Below are positions 44,533 to 55,729 of a DNA stretch of 64,000 nucleotides, in pieces. Every line of letters starts with the position of its first letter. The stretch's first letter is position 1. The notes under the pieces were generated by a model, which saw nothing but the letters and a program-made list of their open reading frames with translations, was not told the origin of the DNA and did no database searches. Source of the DNA: Hormiphora californensis. Lineage: Eukaryota; Animalia; Ctenophora. The stretch lies in contig CM035355.1 of assembly GCA_020137815.1 (NCBI GenBank), positions 7,502,001 to 7,566,000 on the forward strand, in the 5' to 3' direction. Both the position numbers and the translations under genes were made by a program.

Positions 44533-45069
44533 CAGGTCTCATTTCCATCACAAACATATCAATCACTGATCTTCTCTTCAAGCAACTACAGCTCCCACTA
44601 CTACAACAACACTTCAGCTGAACTCTCTGTGATACTACTTCATCTGATATCCAACAACCAACCAGCAGCAACTACTCCTACCAGTCCCTAACTGTTATCC
44701 AGCCTACTGAACACAGCAGCTCCTACTACTCAGCTGATATCTCTACCACGTGCCACAGCAGCTCCCGATCTCTCTCTCCCTACCACTGCCACCATGTACG
44801 GGAAAACCCGAGCTACCGAGATCTTCACGGACCACTACAGTCTCATTGAGAACATCGGAGCGGGCGGATACGGCACTGTTTGGACTTGTCTGGACCGGGT
44901 CACGAAGGAGAAGTTCGCTGTTAAAATAGTACCTGATAAGAAGTGCTGGAGGAAAACTTGGTAAGTTTTATAACACAGCTCCATCCCCCAACAACCCCAT
45001 CCCTGATCCCGAACTCAACCCCTCCCCTTTATTGATCAGACCCCCCTCCCTGGTAGCCCACATTCCCAA

Positions 45070-46860
45070 ACCCACCCTCCCTAATTCCTAAACCAACCCT
45101 CCCTAACCCACCCTCCCTAACCCACCCTCCCTAACCCACCCTCCCTAACCCACCCTCCCTAACCCACCCTCCCTAACCCCTCCCTAACCCACCCTCCCTA
45201 ACCCCTCCCTAACCCACCCTCCCTAACCCACCCTCCCTAACCCACCCTCCCTAACCCTCCCTCAAGACACAGAGCGTGGTGCCCATCTTCAAGAAAGGTA
45301 ACCGGTCAGATGCTGCCAATTACAGGCCAGTCTCACTTACATCTCATCTGGTTAAACTCTTTGAGAGAATCATGCGTACCAAACTGGTTGAGTTCATCAC
45401 AGCCCAGGAAATCATCCATCCAGATCAACATGGCTTCCAGAAAGGCAAGAGCTGCCTCACCCAGCTCCTCCACCACGTTGAGGATGTGATGAAAGACATG
45501 TGTCGAGATGAGAACGCCGATGTCATCTACCTAGATTTTTCAAAGGCATTCGACAAGGTGGATCATGCAATCCTTCTCAAGAAGCTCCATCTCTATGGCA
45601 TCCGAGGTCAAATCCACCAGTGGATCACCAACTTCTTGACAGGCCGATATCAGAGAGTCATCATTGATGGTAAGATGTCTGATCCTATCCGTGTCCTGAG
45701 TGGAGTCCCCCAGGGTACGGTCCTAGGACCCTTACTATTTGTCCTGTATATAAACGATATGTTCACCGTCGTCAAGCACTCCAAGCTGAAAGTCTTTGCT
45801 GATGACTCAAAGGCCCACAGAAACATCCGGACCAACCTCGATCACCAGCTACTACAAGAAGATCTTTTAGAGGTGGTTAGATGGGCTGACCAAAACAACA
45901 TGGAACTCAATGAATCTAAATTCCAACTCCTGCAGCATGGCAAGGATGATGACCTAAAATCTAACTATCAGCTACCATCCGGGAAGTCTCTCTGCTCTGA
46001 ATCGGTTGTAAAAGACCTGGGAGTTATCATTGACAGCGATCTAACTTTCAGGCCTCACACCCGGGAGAAGACAGCTGAAGCATCCCGGAAAGCAGCATGG
46101 ATTCTCCGTACCTTTTCCACAAGAGAGCCGGGTCATATGTTGCTGCTCTATCAGACTCATGTGAGATCCATACTTGAATACTGCTGTGCACTGTGGGACC
46201 CATGCTTCAAATGTGATATATCAAGTGTCGAAGCAGTGCAGCGCTCGTTCACAGCTAAGATCTCAGGCTGTAGTGAGTTAAACTATTGGGAGAGGCTAGA
46301 AAAGCTGAAACTCTATTCGCTACAGAGGAGAAGAGAGCGGTATGCCATCATCATCATATGGAAAATATGGAGCGGACTCATCCCTAACTCCATTGGCATC
46401 AACTTCCCCACTTCTGTCACACGTGGAGTCTCCTGTATCCGACCAATTGGTCACTCTAAATACAAATCTGTCAATACGATGAGACAGAACTCCTTCGTCT
46501 CCAGAGCTTCTGCGTTATTCAACATTGTTCCAGCACAAATTAAATCTCTCCCAAAACTGGAACAGTTCAAATCAGCACTGGACACATTCCTGAGGACCAT
46601 ACCAGACACGCCACCCACCCCCAACTACATCGGTGTCAACAACAACTCCTTGTTAGAGTGGGCAGTCAGTGGCACCCTTGTTCAGGTGTCTGGACTGGAC
46701 CTCCATAATGCGGTGGAAACGCTCGACGTTTTGGCCTGATGACATTCCTGTTCGAAGCCACCAAAGGTAGGTACCTAACCCCCCTCCCTAACCCCCTCCC
46801 TAACCCACCCTCCCTAACCCACCCTCCCTAACCCACCCTCCCTAACCCCCTTTCTCTAAC
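45070..46860. repeat. (CCCTAACCCACCCT)n 14-bp minisatellite (about 45070-45262 and 46774-46860) split by a CR1 insertion
   Basis: Visible tandem units, each containing the telomeric hexamer CCCTAA, in kinase intron 1. Confidence 0.85.
45255..46773 (+). mobile_element. 5'-truncated CR1-clade LINE (RT open to 46739, very short 3' UTR, AGGT tail)
   Basis: VPIFKKG..NYRPVSLTS, QHGF..GKSCLTQL, YLDFSKAFDKVDH, SGVPQGTVLGP, FADD, RSILEYC..W.P, SLQRRRERY. Confidence 0.92.
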
Positions 46861-48023
46861 CCCTCTTTCTCTATCTCCAGGTGTGACAAGTTCCAGCTGC
46901 GTGTCCCAGACGAGGTGTCTCTGTGGTTACCCCTACAACACCCAAATATCACCAAACTCCATGAGGTTAGTAAAACACCCCTCGATCAATTAGTCCCGTT
47001 GCAGCTCTTATCTAGTGTAAATTGCATATATTATCCCCTCATTTCTAACCCCCACCATCTCTAACCCCCAATCTAACCCCCACCGTCTCTAACCCCCAAT
47101 CTCCCCCCTCACCAGGTATTTTACGATGAAATCTCCCGATACTGGGCCATTGTGATGGACTATGATTCCGATTTTGAAGATCTGTTCAACTACATTGACC
47201 GAAATGGACCCCTCTCCAGCACTGTTTCAGCCCACATTACACGACAGGTATAACAGTTGTTCAGAACAACACACACGATACCGTTACTCAGATCTTCTCT
47301 TTTTACTTCCAGTCTCATTTTACCCCCTGGCCCTTCCCCATTCCAATTTCTAACCCTCTATTCCCGGTTCTCAGGTTATCAAAGTTGTCCACTACCTAGT
47401 TTCCTCTGGAATCGATCACCGCACTAAGGACGACCCCGCCTGCCGTGATTCCGCACTTAGGGAGGCTGCATTGAAGCAAGCGTTGTGTATGGGAGTTTTG
47501 CGGGATGAGGTAGGTGTACAGCTCCTGGAAGAAGCAACTGGCGAAGTGTCCTTTACCGAACTACTCCAGATCGGTGCCAACAGGGAGATGGCTTACACCG
47601 CCCGTCACGAAGCACGGGACGAGGCTGTCAATGTCAGCGTTCTGGCGCGAATCCCCACAAGAGGGACAGGACTGACGCGAGCAATGCTGGGGGCTGTGAA
47701 GAATTAGGACATGTCTATCACAGAGACTGCAGATCTACCCGAGCACCCGCCAACTACCGAGCTCCTCCTAACAAACGCTACGGGAGACAGAACAACTATA
47801 ACCGTCCAAACAACTACAACAGAGAAGGAATCAACAGTGGGAACAACCACCGCTACAGGGATGGTGGCTACTCTGGTGGGAACCCCAACGGGCCGAGATA
47901 CAGTAATTACCGCAACCCTCCTCAAGACAGATTAGGCTTCGTGAACTATAGGGACCGTTGGAACCCTGGGCCGCAGGAGCCTGTCAACCAGACTGCCCCT
48001 GAAGCACCTCAAAAAAACTAGCT

Positions 48024-51000
48024 GTGCCCTCTCCTAGTGAGAGGGCCTCCCTATTCCCCACCCCCCAGGTCACACACGAGTGCCAGCGCTGTACACAATG
48101 TATCCACGTGGCGATGAAATCTGAATGTGGAACAGAGTTCGAGAGCCTAGTGGACACTGGGTCCTGTGTTAATCTACTTGCTGCCAGGGTCGCAGACCGA
48201 ATGAAGCTCGAACCCATGCCAACTAAGATAGGTATCACGGGCGTCACGGGAAACTCTCTTAGCATTAAAGGTATGTGCTATGATGTCCCAGTATTCCTAG
48301 GAGGGGATCGCTTCCTGTGCGACTTTACCGTGGCCTGCATGAAGGAAGATGCTATTATTGGTCAACCCTTCCTGGTAAGGCACGAGTTCCGGGTCGACTG
48401 TGCTAGGAACCAACTGGTACGAACAGACACCACCAAGACAGTGGCCAGGAGTTTCAAGGAACAGACGTCTTACCACTGTCTAGTGATGAAAGATTGTCTG
48501 CTGACAGAGAGTGGGTTCGTTGGATGCCGCCTAAGCCTTTGCGACGTACCAGCAGAAGACGGAGAATATACCTTTACGGCTGCGGAAGGGATGTCCTTCC
48601 TGACCCTGCTGACGAACTTCTGGCAAAGGGGGGAACGAAGATACTGAATATCAGACTACAGTTGACGTTGTGAAGGGTGAGTTTCAACTGCCGATCCTCG
48701 TGGACCTAGTCGAGGGAGTCTCACTGTCTCTCCCCGAGGGACACAAGGTTGGAGAAGTGTTCCGGCTACAGGGGAATGTGATGGCGTGTACTGATATCAA
48801 GAAGTATGAGAGTGATTTTGACAGGGAACGGCAATGCTTGACAAATATGGACTGGGCTAAAGATAAGAACAAGGGAAAGCCACCGTGTCCAAGTCCTACG
48901 ATTTGCAAGGTGTCAAGAGTTATTCGGCCGCCTAGTGCCGATTGTGTTTTTGCACGGGCGACATGAACTTCAAAGCACCCACCTACTGGAGCACGATATC
49001 GAACTCTCTACAGACAAGCCGGTGAGATTGCCTTATCGTCGTGTGCCGTTCCACCTTCGTGAAGAGTGCATTGAAGAAGTGGAGGAGCTGCTCAAAGCAG
49101 GAATAATAGAACACTCAAAGAGTGATTACAACACACCAGCTCTAGTGATTAAGAAGAACAATAAATTAAGGATTATCATGGACTTAAGGGCACTCAACAA
49201 GGTTGTGATGCGTGCTATAGCACATTACCCGCACTCGACACATGCATAGCGGGATGTGGGGGGAGCATGCTGTTTTCTGCACTAGACGTAAAGGATGGCT
49301 TCCTACAAATAAACCTCAATCCGGAGCACCGAAAGTTCACTAGTTTTGCACTGCCCGGGATAGGATTCTTCCAGTGGGTTAGAATGCCGTTAGGGCTTTC
49401 TTCGTCGCCTTCATGCTTCCAGACCCTGTTGGACCGTCTACTTGCAGGGATACCGCCTACTGTTGCCGCAGCCTATGTTGATGACATCTTATGCCAGCCA
49501 AGAGCTTTGAGGATATGTTCGCGAACCTGGAGGTCGTCTTCGAGAGGTTTCGATTAGCCAATCTACGACTGAACCCAAAGAAATGTGAGCTGTTCCGACA
49601 GAAATTGAAATACTGTGGCGTGTATCTAACGCCTGACGGAGTTCTGGTGGATGAGGAGAAGACCGCTGCAGTGCGAGAGATGGTTCCTCCTAAATCTTTC
49701 AAGGATGTTAGGAGGATCCTCGGATGTGCTGGGTGGTTCAGAAAACACATCGAGGGGTTTGCCGCCAAGGCTAAGGGCCTCACCGACCTGCTCCGACTAG
49801 ATAAGTTCATGTACACCAGCGAAGCAGCCGCTAGTTTTGAAGAGCTTAAAGAAGCCCTTTGCAACCCCCCTGTGCTCATCTACCCCGACGCCAACAACCA
49901 AGCCCTTGGTTGTCTACACTGATGCCAGTGAAATAGCAGTTGGAGGTTGTATTGGCCACGCTCTTGACACCGGGTTCCACCCCATTGCATACGGATCGAA
50001 GGTCCTAGGAGTTACGGAGAGAAATTGGGCATCGTTCAAGAGAGAATTCTTTGCCATCTGGTACTTCGTGTCGAAAGTATGGAGATACTACCTATTGAAC
50101 ACCAAATTCATATGCCACACGGACATGAAGGCGCTCTCCCAGGAAGGATTTATGAGGCACACGAACCAGTCGGTGCTTATCCGATGGGCGATGGACCTAG
50201 GAGACTATGACTTCGCACTAAAGTATACGGCGGGAAAAGCCATGGAGGTCCCAGACTGCTTGTCAAGACTGCCAAGGTCATCTGAGGAGATAGCACGTTG
50301 GTTGACTACCCCTATCGCAGATCTTGAAGAGGACAACACACTGTACCTTGTTAGTCAACATGAAATACCCCCACCAAATGCTGATGCTCTGCGTGATGTG
50401 TCTACCCTGGACACTGACAATACTGATGTCCTGCATGATGTGTCTACCCTGGATACTGACAATACTGATGTCCTGCATGATGTGTCTACCCTGGATACTG
50501 ACAATGCTGATGTCCTGCGTGATGTGTCTACCCTGGACACTGACAATACTGATGTCCGGCATGATGTGTCTACCCTGGTTATCGACAGCGCCGCGGAACT
50601 ACCTACCGTGACTACACTGCGTTGTAGTAAGCAGACTGACCGTTCTGCTGATGTAGGACCCATCGACTACTTCAGAACACTCGGTGAACTGCAGCTGACT
50701 AAAACCCGCCAGAGACGAATCACGCCTAACGAGCCAGGTTGCACGGCCTTTCCGGAGGGTATCGAGTGTCTGTTCAACACAGTAGAAAAGGAGACTACAC
50801 GTGCGGTAGACTTGACTGAAACTCCCACCGGCTTACCTAATGGATCGTTCGAACGACCCATAACAGCACACTGCAGTCCTGCTCTGAAGTTGGCACAAGG
50901 AGAAGACACTGACTGTACTACGGTCCTCAAATGGATACGTGAAGACAACAAGCCCTCTGACCGTACACAAGTTGCTACTTTCTCAGATGGCCTGATGAAG

Positions 51001-52383
51001 ATGTGGATGTTCTACAAACACATGACTGTTTCGAAGAGTGGATTGCTGTGCTACAAGTACTACAGAACTAACGCGAAAAAGTTTCAGGAGCTAATATGGG
51101 TGCCACCCTCCACTAGACAGGATATCATCTCCAACTCGCACAATATTGATAGCTCCGGACACCTTGGACCGCAGAAAACTTTGTTCAGAGTCAGGGAGAA
51201 GTACTTCTGGGAGAACATGTCCACCGAAATAAAGATATTCTGCTCTACCTGCGAAATATGCTTTAGAGAGAACCAGGGTTACCTCCCAAAGCCCAGAGCA
51301 CCACTGAAACCATTCCCCGCAGCTCGACCTAATGAAATTATCGTGATTGACCTTGTCGGGCCAATCAGAGGGACTATACAGCATAAGTGGATCCTGACGA
51401 TAGTGGATAAATTCACACGGTTTGTACAGGTCGTGGCCCTCACCAAGGCCACAGCGGACAAAATTGCCCAGGCCCTACTCAACCACTTCTTCACTTTCGG
51501 AGTGCCCGAAATAGTCCACTCTGACCGAGGAGCTAACTTAACAACAGCTGACGCGGTACAGGAAGTATACAAACTCATGGGAATCAAGAAAACTCAGACA
51601 ACGTCATACCATCCGAGGGGAAACGGGTTGTGTGAAGTATATAACCGGCATATTGTTGCAATACTACGCAAGTTGGTTCGAGAGTTCCCTCAAAAATGGC
51701 CATTGAAACTAAAAGCGGCTGCATTCGCTCTCAACAGCTCCACATGCGGCTCCACCCGGTTCACTGCGGCCCATTTGCACTTTGGAAGGGAACTGCGTAT
51801 TCCGGCCGACCTTGTTTTTGACACCACCTCTACTGCCTACTACGAGAGCAGATCACACCTGGCGTCCCACAGCTATTATGAGATGAAGGACATCTTTAAC
51901 CTGGTCCGTTCATATGGAACCGCGGCTATCAACCGAAATAAACTGGCATACAACAAAAAGCTGAATTTTCAAACCAAATACGACGAAGGTGACCTTGTTC
52001 TGCTTTGGAAACCCCTCCCCCCATCCGTACAGAATTACCGAAAGCTGAAGAATCTGTATGGCGGACCCTTTGTAGTAGTAAAGGTTCTCACAGAATGGAC
52101 CTATTTGTTAAAAAGTGTGTCTACCCAGAAAGAGGAAGTAGCACACTATGACAAACTGCGAAAGATACCCCAGAATATGAGGCCTGCTACCAAGCAGAAT
52201 ACACCCCACACTAGCGGTGAAGGAGCTGATGAGGACCCAACAACTGGGAACAGCAATTATGACGCTCCTGAGGATATAATGGAACTACTTGATGTTGAAG
52301 ACGAAGTGATTATTGACGCTGAAAATCCGATAGACGAAGAAGAGGAAGCCGGTCATGGCTACAACCTCCGACCAAGAAAGTAA
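48024..52383 (+). pseudogene. Gypsy pol in several frameshifted pieces
   Basis: LVDTGS protease; D.RALN, LDVKDGFLQI, RMPLGL, YVDD RT; YTDAS..RE..HTD..D.LSR RNase H; H..GH..C..C and IDLVGP..HSDRG..GNGLCE integrase. Confidence 0.92.
50379..50578 (+). repeat. 42-bp in-frame tandem repeat (about 5 x DVL[H/R]DVSTLDTDN[T/A]) between RNase H and integrase
   Basis: Directly visible in DNA and in the translation. Confidence 0.9.
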
Positions 52384-52836
52384 TGCTAGAGCTTGAGCAT
52401 GTGGAACAGCTGTGCATATCATCAAATGACGACTTGTATGAGAACCTTGTGACTGATGAATGTGCACGACAGAACAAGATAGTGGAACTAGAGGAAAAAC
52501 GAATTGGATCCAAAGAATTGCAACGGCAAACTGAAGAATGAATGTGATAAAAGTGACAACAGTGAGAAGAAAGACACTAAGTATGAAGGAATGAAATACT
52601 ATAAACGATGAGTGAATGATATTAGTACAATATTTTTAGGACCAGACACCCGGGAAGGTCTGGTCATTGATCGTTCAGTGACACATAAACTGACTTCTGA
52701 TTCTACATGAAGAGTTTGAACCACCCTAGTAGACCCTGCCCGCAACCAAACCTGTCAGACAGTGGCCAATGTCTGACAGAACTAGTTTTGTGTTCGGACC
52801 CTTAACTCACACCACTCTCTCCATATATAGAGAATC

Positions 52837-54730
52837 ATGTCGGTTCTAGTGTGTCTCTTGATCGGATTAGCCACCTGTTCCACCAATGCACAAGCTGTTA
52901 AAAAAGAGGACACTTTTGAGGAGATACGATCCTTTGTGTTAGAAGGAGAACCCACCGTTATTAAAACTGACCTTGGACTGGCACTCGTTCCAGATAAAAT
53001 ATTGGTGAGCAGCGAGTCATCAATACTACAATCAGTGTTCCTACACATCAGGAAACCAAAGAGGCCGAGACCCCCCTGTGAGTTACCGTGCACACCGGAT
53101 ATCTCTCACCTAAACGCTCTTCTACCAAGCGCAGAAGGCTGCTGGATATCCGACATGCCGTTCCATAACCTCGCTCTTATCGGAGTGACTGCCTGGACAT
53201 CGACTGCTGAATGCGTCGCCGAATGCCTCAAAACCCCCAATTGCAAGCAGGTGTATGAAAAAACCACCAATGGTACTAACCCCGACCAATGCATCACCCT
53301 TACTGGCACCTCCTACCAAAGTTCCAACATCAGAGAAGGAGTTAACTCAAGGACCACCCTGCTGGAGTGCCTGAGCGCCAAGTTTGACAGCAGCCGAGAT
53401 GAACTGTGCAGACGGAAACAAAACCTACTATTCGAAGGACTCGCGCCGACGAAGCTGAAAAATCGGTAGACGAAATACTACAAAACCATTTGGGGCGATA
53501 CAGGGACCTTAAAACCGCGTATCAGTTGGAAAATGCTCTGAAGAAGAGTAATGAAGAGGGAACCGGAAACAGGGATAAGAGACTCCTCGGTCTCTCCTGG
53601 GAGGATTTTGACCCTCTACTAGATGTCCCAATCATCGGACACTTCTATGGCATCCTGAAGTCTCCTGTAGAGAATAAGAGAATCGCGGATCACGTGACCC
53701 GACTACAGGGAGCGTTTGAAAAATTTGCCGCGGATTCTATCGAAGCCGTCGAGAGTAGCCGCTCATTCGACAAAAAGATACTAAAGATCATAGACGCGGA
53801 GCTGGGCAAAGTAGACGAGAGACTACAGGACTTCAGATGCGACCTTGCATCCATAGCAGCGGCAATACTAGACATGCAAAACCACAAGAGATTTGAAAGG
53901 AAGCTGGAAACTCTTTTCTACAGTACGTTGCATGGTGAGATTGTTACACCTGTTTCAACAACACTACAACTCGAGGATCTCAAGAATATTGTTGGAAACA
54001 ACGAAGCATTTGAAGGCACAATATTCAAGGAGCACCCCGAAGTTCTATACAGGACCAGTGACCTGACGATCATGGAGGTGACTGAGTCGACAAAGGGTGT
54101 ATTGTTTAACTTCTTGTTAGTTGCCCCCAGACTACTGGAAGGAAACATATATCGTACATACAAACCACTTACCGTTCCAGTTGCCAAGAACACCTCTTCT
54201 GAAAAGTGCTACGAGTTACCCAAGCCATCTATCATCATGCTACAGGACAAGAACTTCTACGAAGTAGCAGCTACAGATTGCTTCGAGAAGGACGAAGTAA
54301 TATATTGTACACAGAGTTTCCACGACACATCCTCTACCCTCAAGAAGAAATGGGCCTGCTTAGCAGAGGGACCCGAGTTCGGCCTGTGCAACCTAATTCC
54401 TACGAGCTGTGAGACAACAATGCTATTCACTCGATCAGGAGCACTAGTATTCTCCCAGGAGGAGGTATTAGCTCAGAAGCAAGATGCCCGAACATCGCTA
54501 ACAATAATCAGCACTGACGACAGGGACACTACCAACTACTTCGTACCTTGGACCACTTTCAAATTAGTGCAGAGCGGGAAGAAGATCGTACACGCTGTCT
54601 CCACACCGGAGAAAGCTCTATCCCTGAACTGGACCAACCCGGATACACATCGCGTAATTAACAACTGGCTTGAAAAGACACAGTTTCGTGATGATCGACA
54701 TAACATCACAAGAGTCATTGAAGACCTCGA
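52837..54730 (+). pseudogene. env-like class I fusion glycoprotein (one frameshift near 53430; no TM anchor visible)
   Basis: Signal peptide, PAN/apple-like Cys pattern, RDKR furin site followed by LLGLSW..VPIIGHFYGIL, heptad repeats, Cys-rich C-terminal region. Confidence 0.75.
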
Positions 54731-54943
54731 GCTTCCACATCCGCTGATTGCGATGACATTTCCGATGTTGATGAGGAACCAATGTCACTGTGTCTAGCCT
54801 CCAGCCCACGGTCTCCCGACCTCAGCCCCCAGTCACCAACACCCTCAGATATGGAGGGTAAGAAGTCAATACCGCCTGCTAACCTACAAGTGACTTTTGT
54901 TCACTACGGGCCGCAGCCAGACCCTAACCCGGCCACTAGTAGT

Positions 54944-54978
<35 letters not shown>

Positions 54979-55450
54979 AAGCAGCGACAGCAGCGACAGC
55001 AGCGACACCAGCGACGGGGGTGACAGTGATGACTGTGAGGAGGAAGCTGCTGAGGGCGAGGTGCCGTTCGACCCAAAGATATTTCAGCTGGACTCGACGG
55101 ATCAACGAGGGCTTGTTAAAAAAGCCATGGAAGTGAATGGATGGAAGGTCAGCCCCATCAGTAAGATGAAGGGAAAGGGGCAGTTGCTCCAGGGATTGAG
55201 GGAGTGTTTGCTGATTCTCTCTCGCATAGAAAGAGAGTACCTGACCCCGGAAAACAGATGGAAATGCAATGACCTGGTGACCATCAAGAAGACCACGAAG
55301 AAGAATGCTATCCAGCAGCTGAGGTCTAGAGTCGCCCAAATGAGAACCCGTCTGGTGGGCCTGGAGAAACATCTTGAGAACCCCTCGAAGAAGCAGATCG
55401 GAGAGAAGATGAGAGCTGCGAGGAGGACTATCCAGGCGTTCAAGTGGTGA
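54731..55450 (+). CDS. Extra ORF between env and the PPT: Ser/acidic tract plus basic helical C-terminus, function unknown
   Basis: 222-aa ORF from 54782; frame open from about 54731; lies inside the element, upstream of the PPT. Confidence 0.5.
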
Positions 55451-55729
55451 ATATCCCGACAGTATCTTCCTGGATGCTGGTCGCGGCGGTGTCTTCCTGT
55501 ACTCCTACCTTGATTCATCGTGTCTTCCTGGACACCAACAGCTACCAACCATGTCTTCCTGGACGTGGCTGTACTTCTTTCTGCTCCGAGGAGGGGGAGG
55601 GTGTACAACTAGCGTGTGTGATTGGACACTTATTAGTCTTGGACATTCACTAGTATTTGCATGTTTTTTAGAAATATTATTATTATTATTATTATTATGA
55701 TTATATGTGTGGGTGGTATTATATTTGTT

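Larger units (their letters stand above)
44794..47422 (+). pseudogene. PIM/PASK-like Ser/Thr kinase truncated at the catalytic loop; exons 44794-44960, 46881-46965, 47116-47247, 47375-47422
   Basis: IGAGGYGTVW..FAVKIV, VPDEV.L..L.HPNI.KL.E, IVMDY...EDLFNYID..GPL, GIDHR, then an abrupt switch to Gypsy gag. Confidence 0.8.
47430..55670 (+). mobile_element. Env-bearing Gypsy/Ty3 LTR retroelement, 5'-truncated and frameshifted
   Basis: gag remnant at 47430-48000; PR-RT-RH-IN order; env; extra ORF; polypurine tract at 55588-55601 followed by TGTACA (3' LTR start; LTR end not defined). Confidence 0.9.

Noticed and set aside
54884-55372. Poly-Ala ORFs on either strand
   Set aside because: Alternative frames of the (AGC)n tract encoding poly-Ser in the extra ORF.
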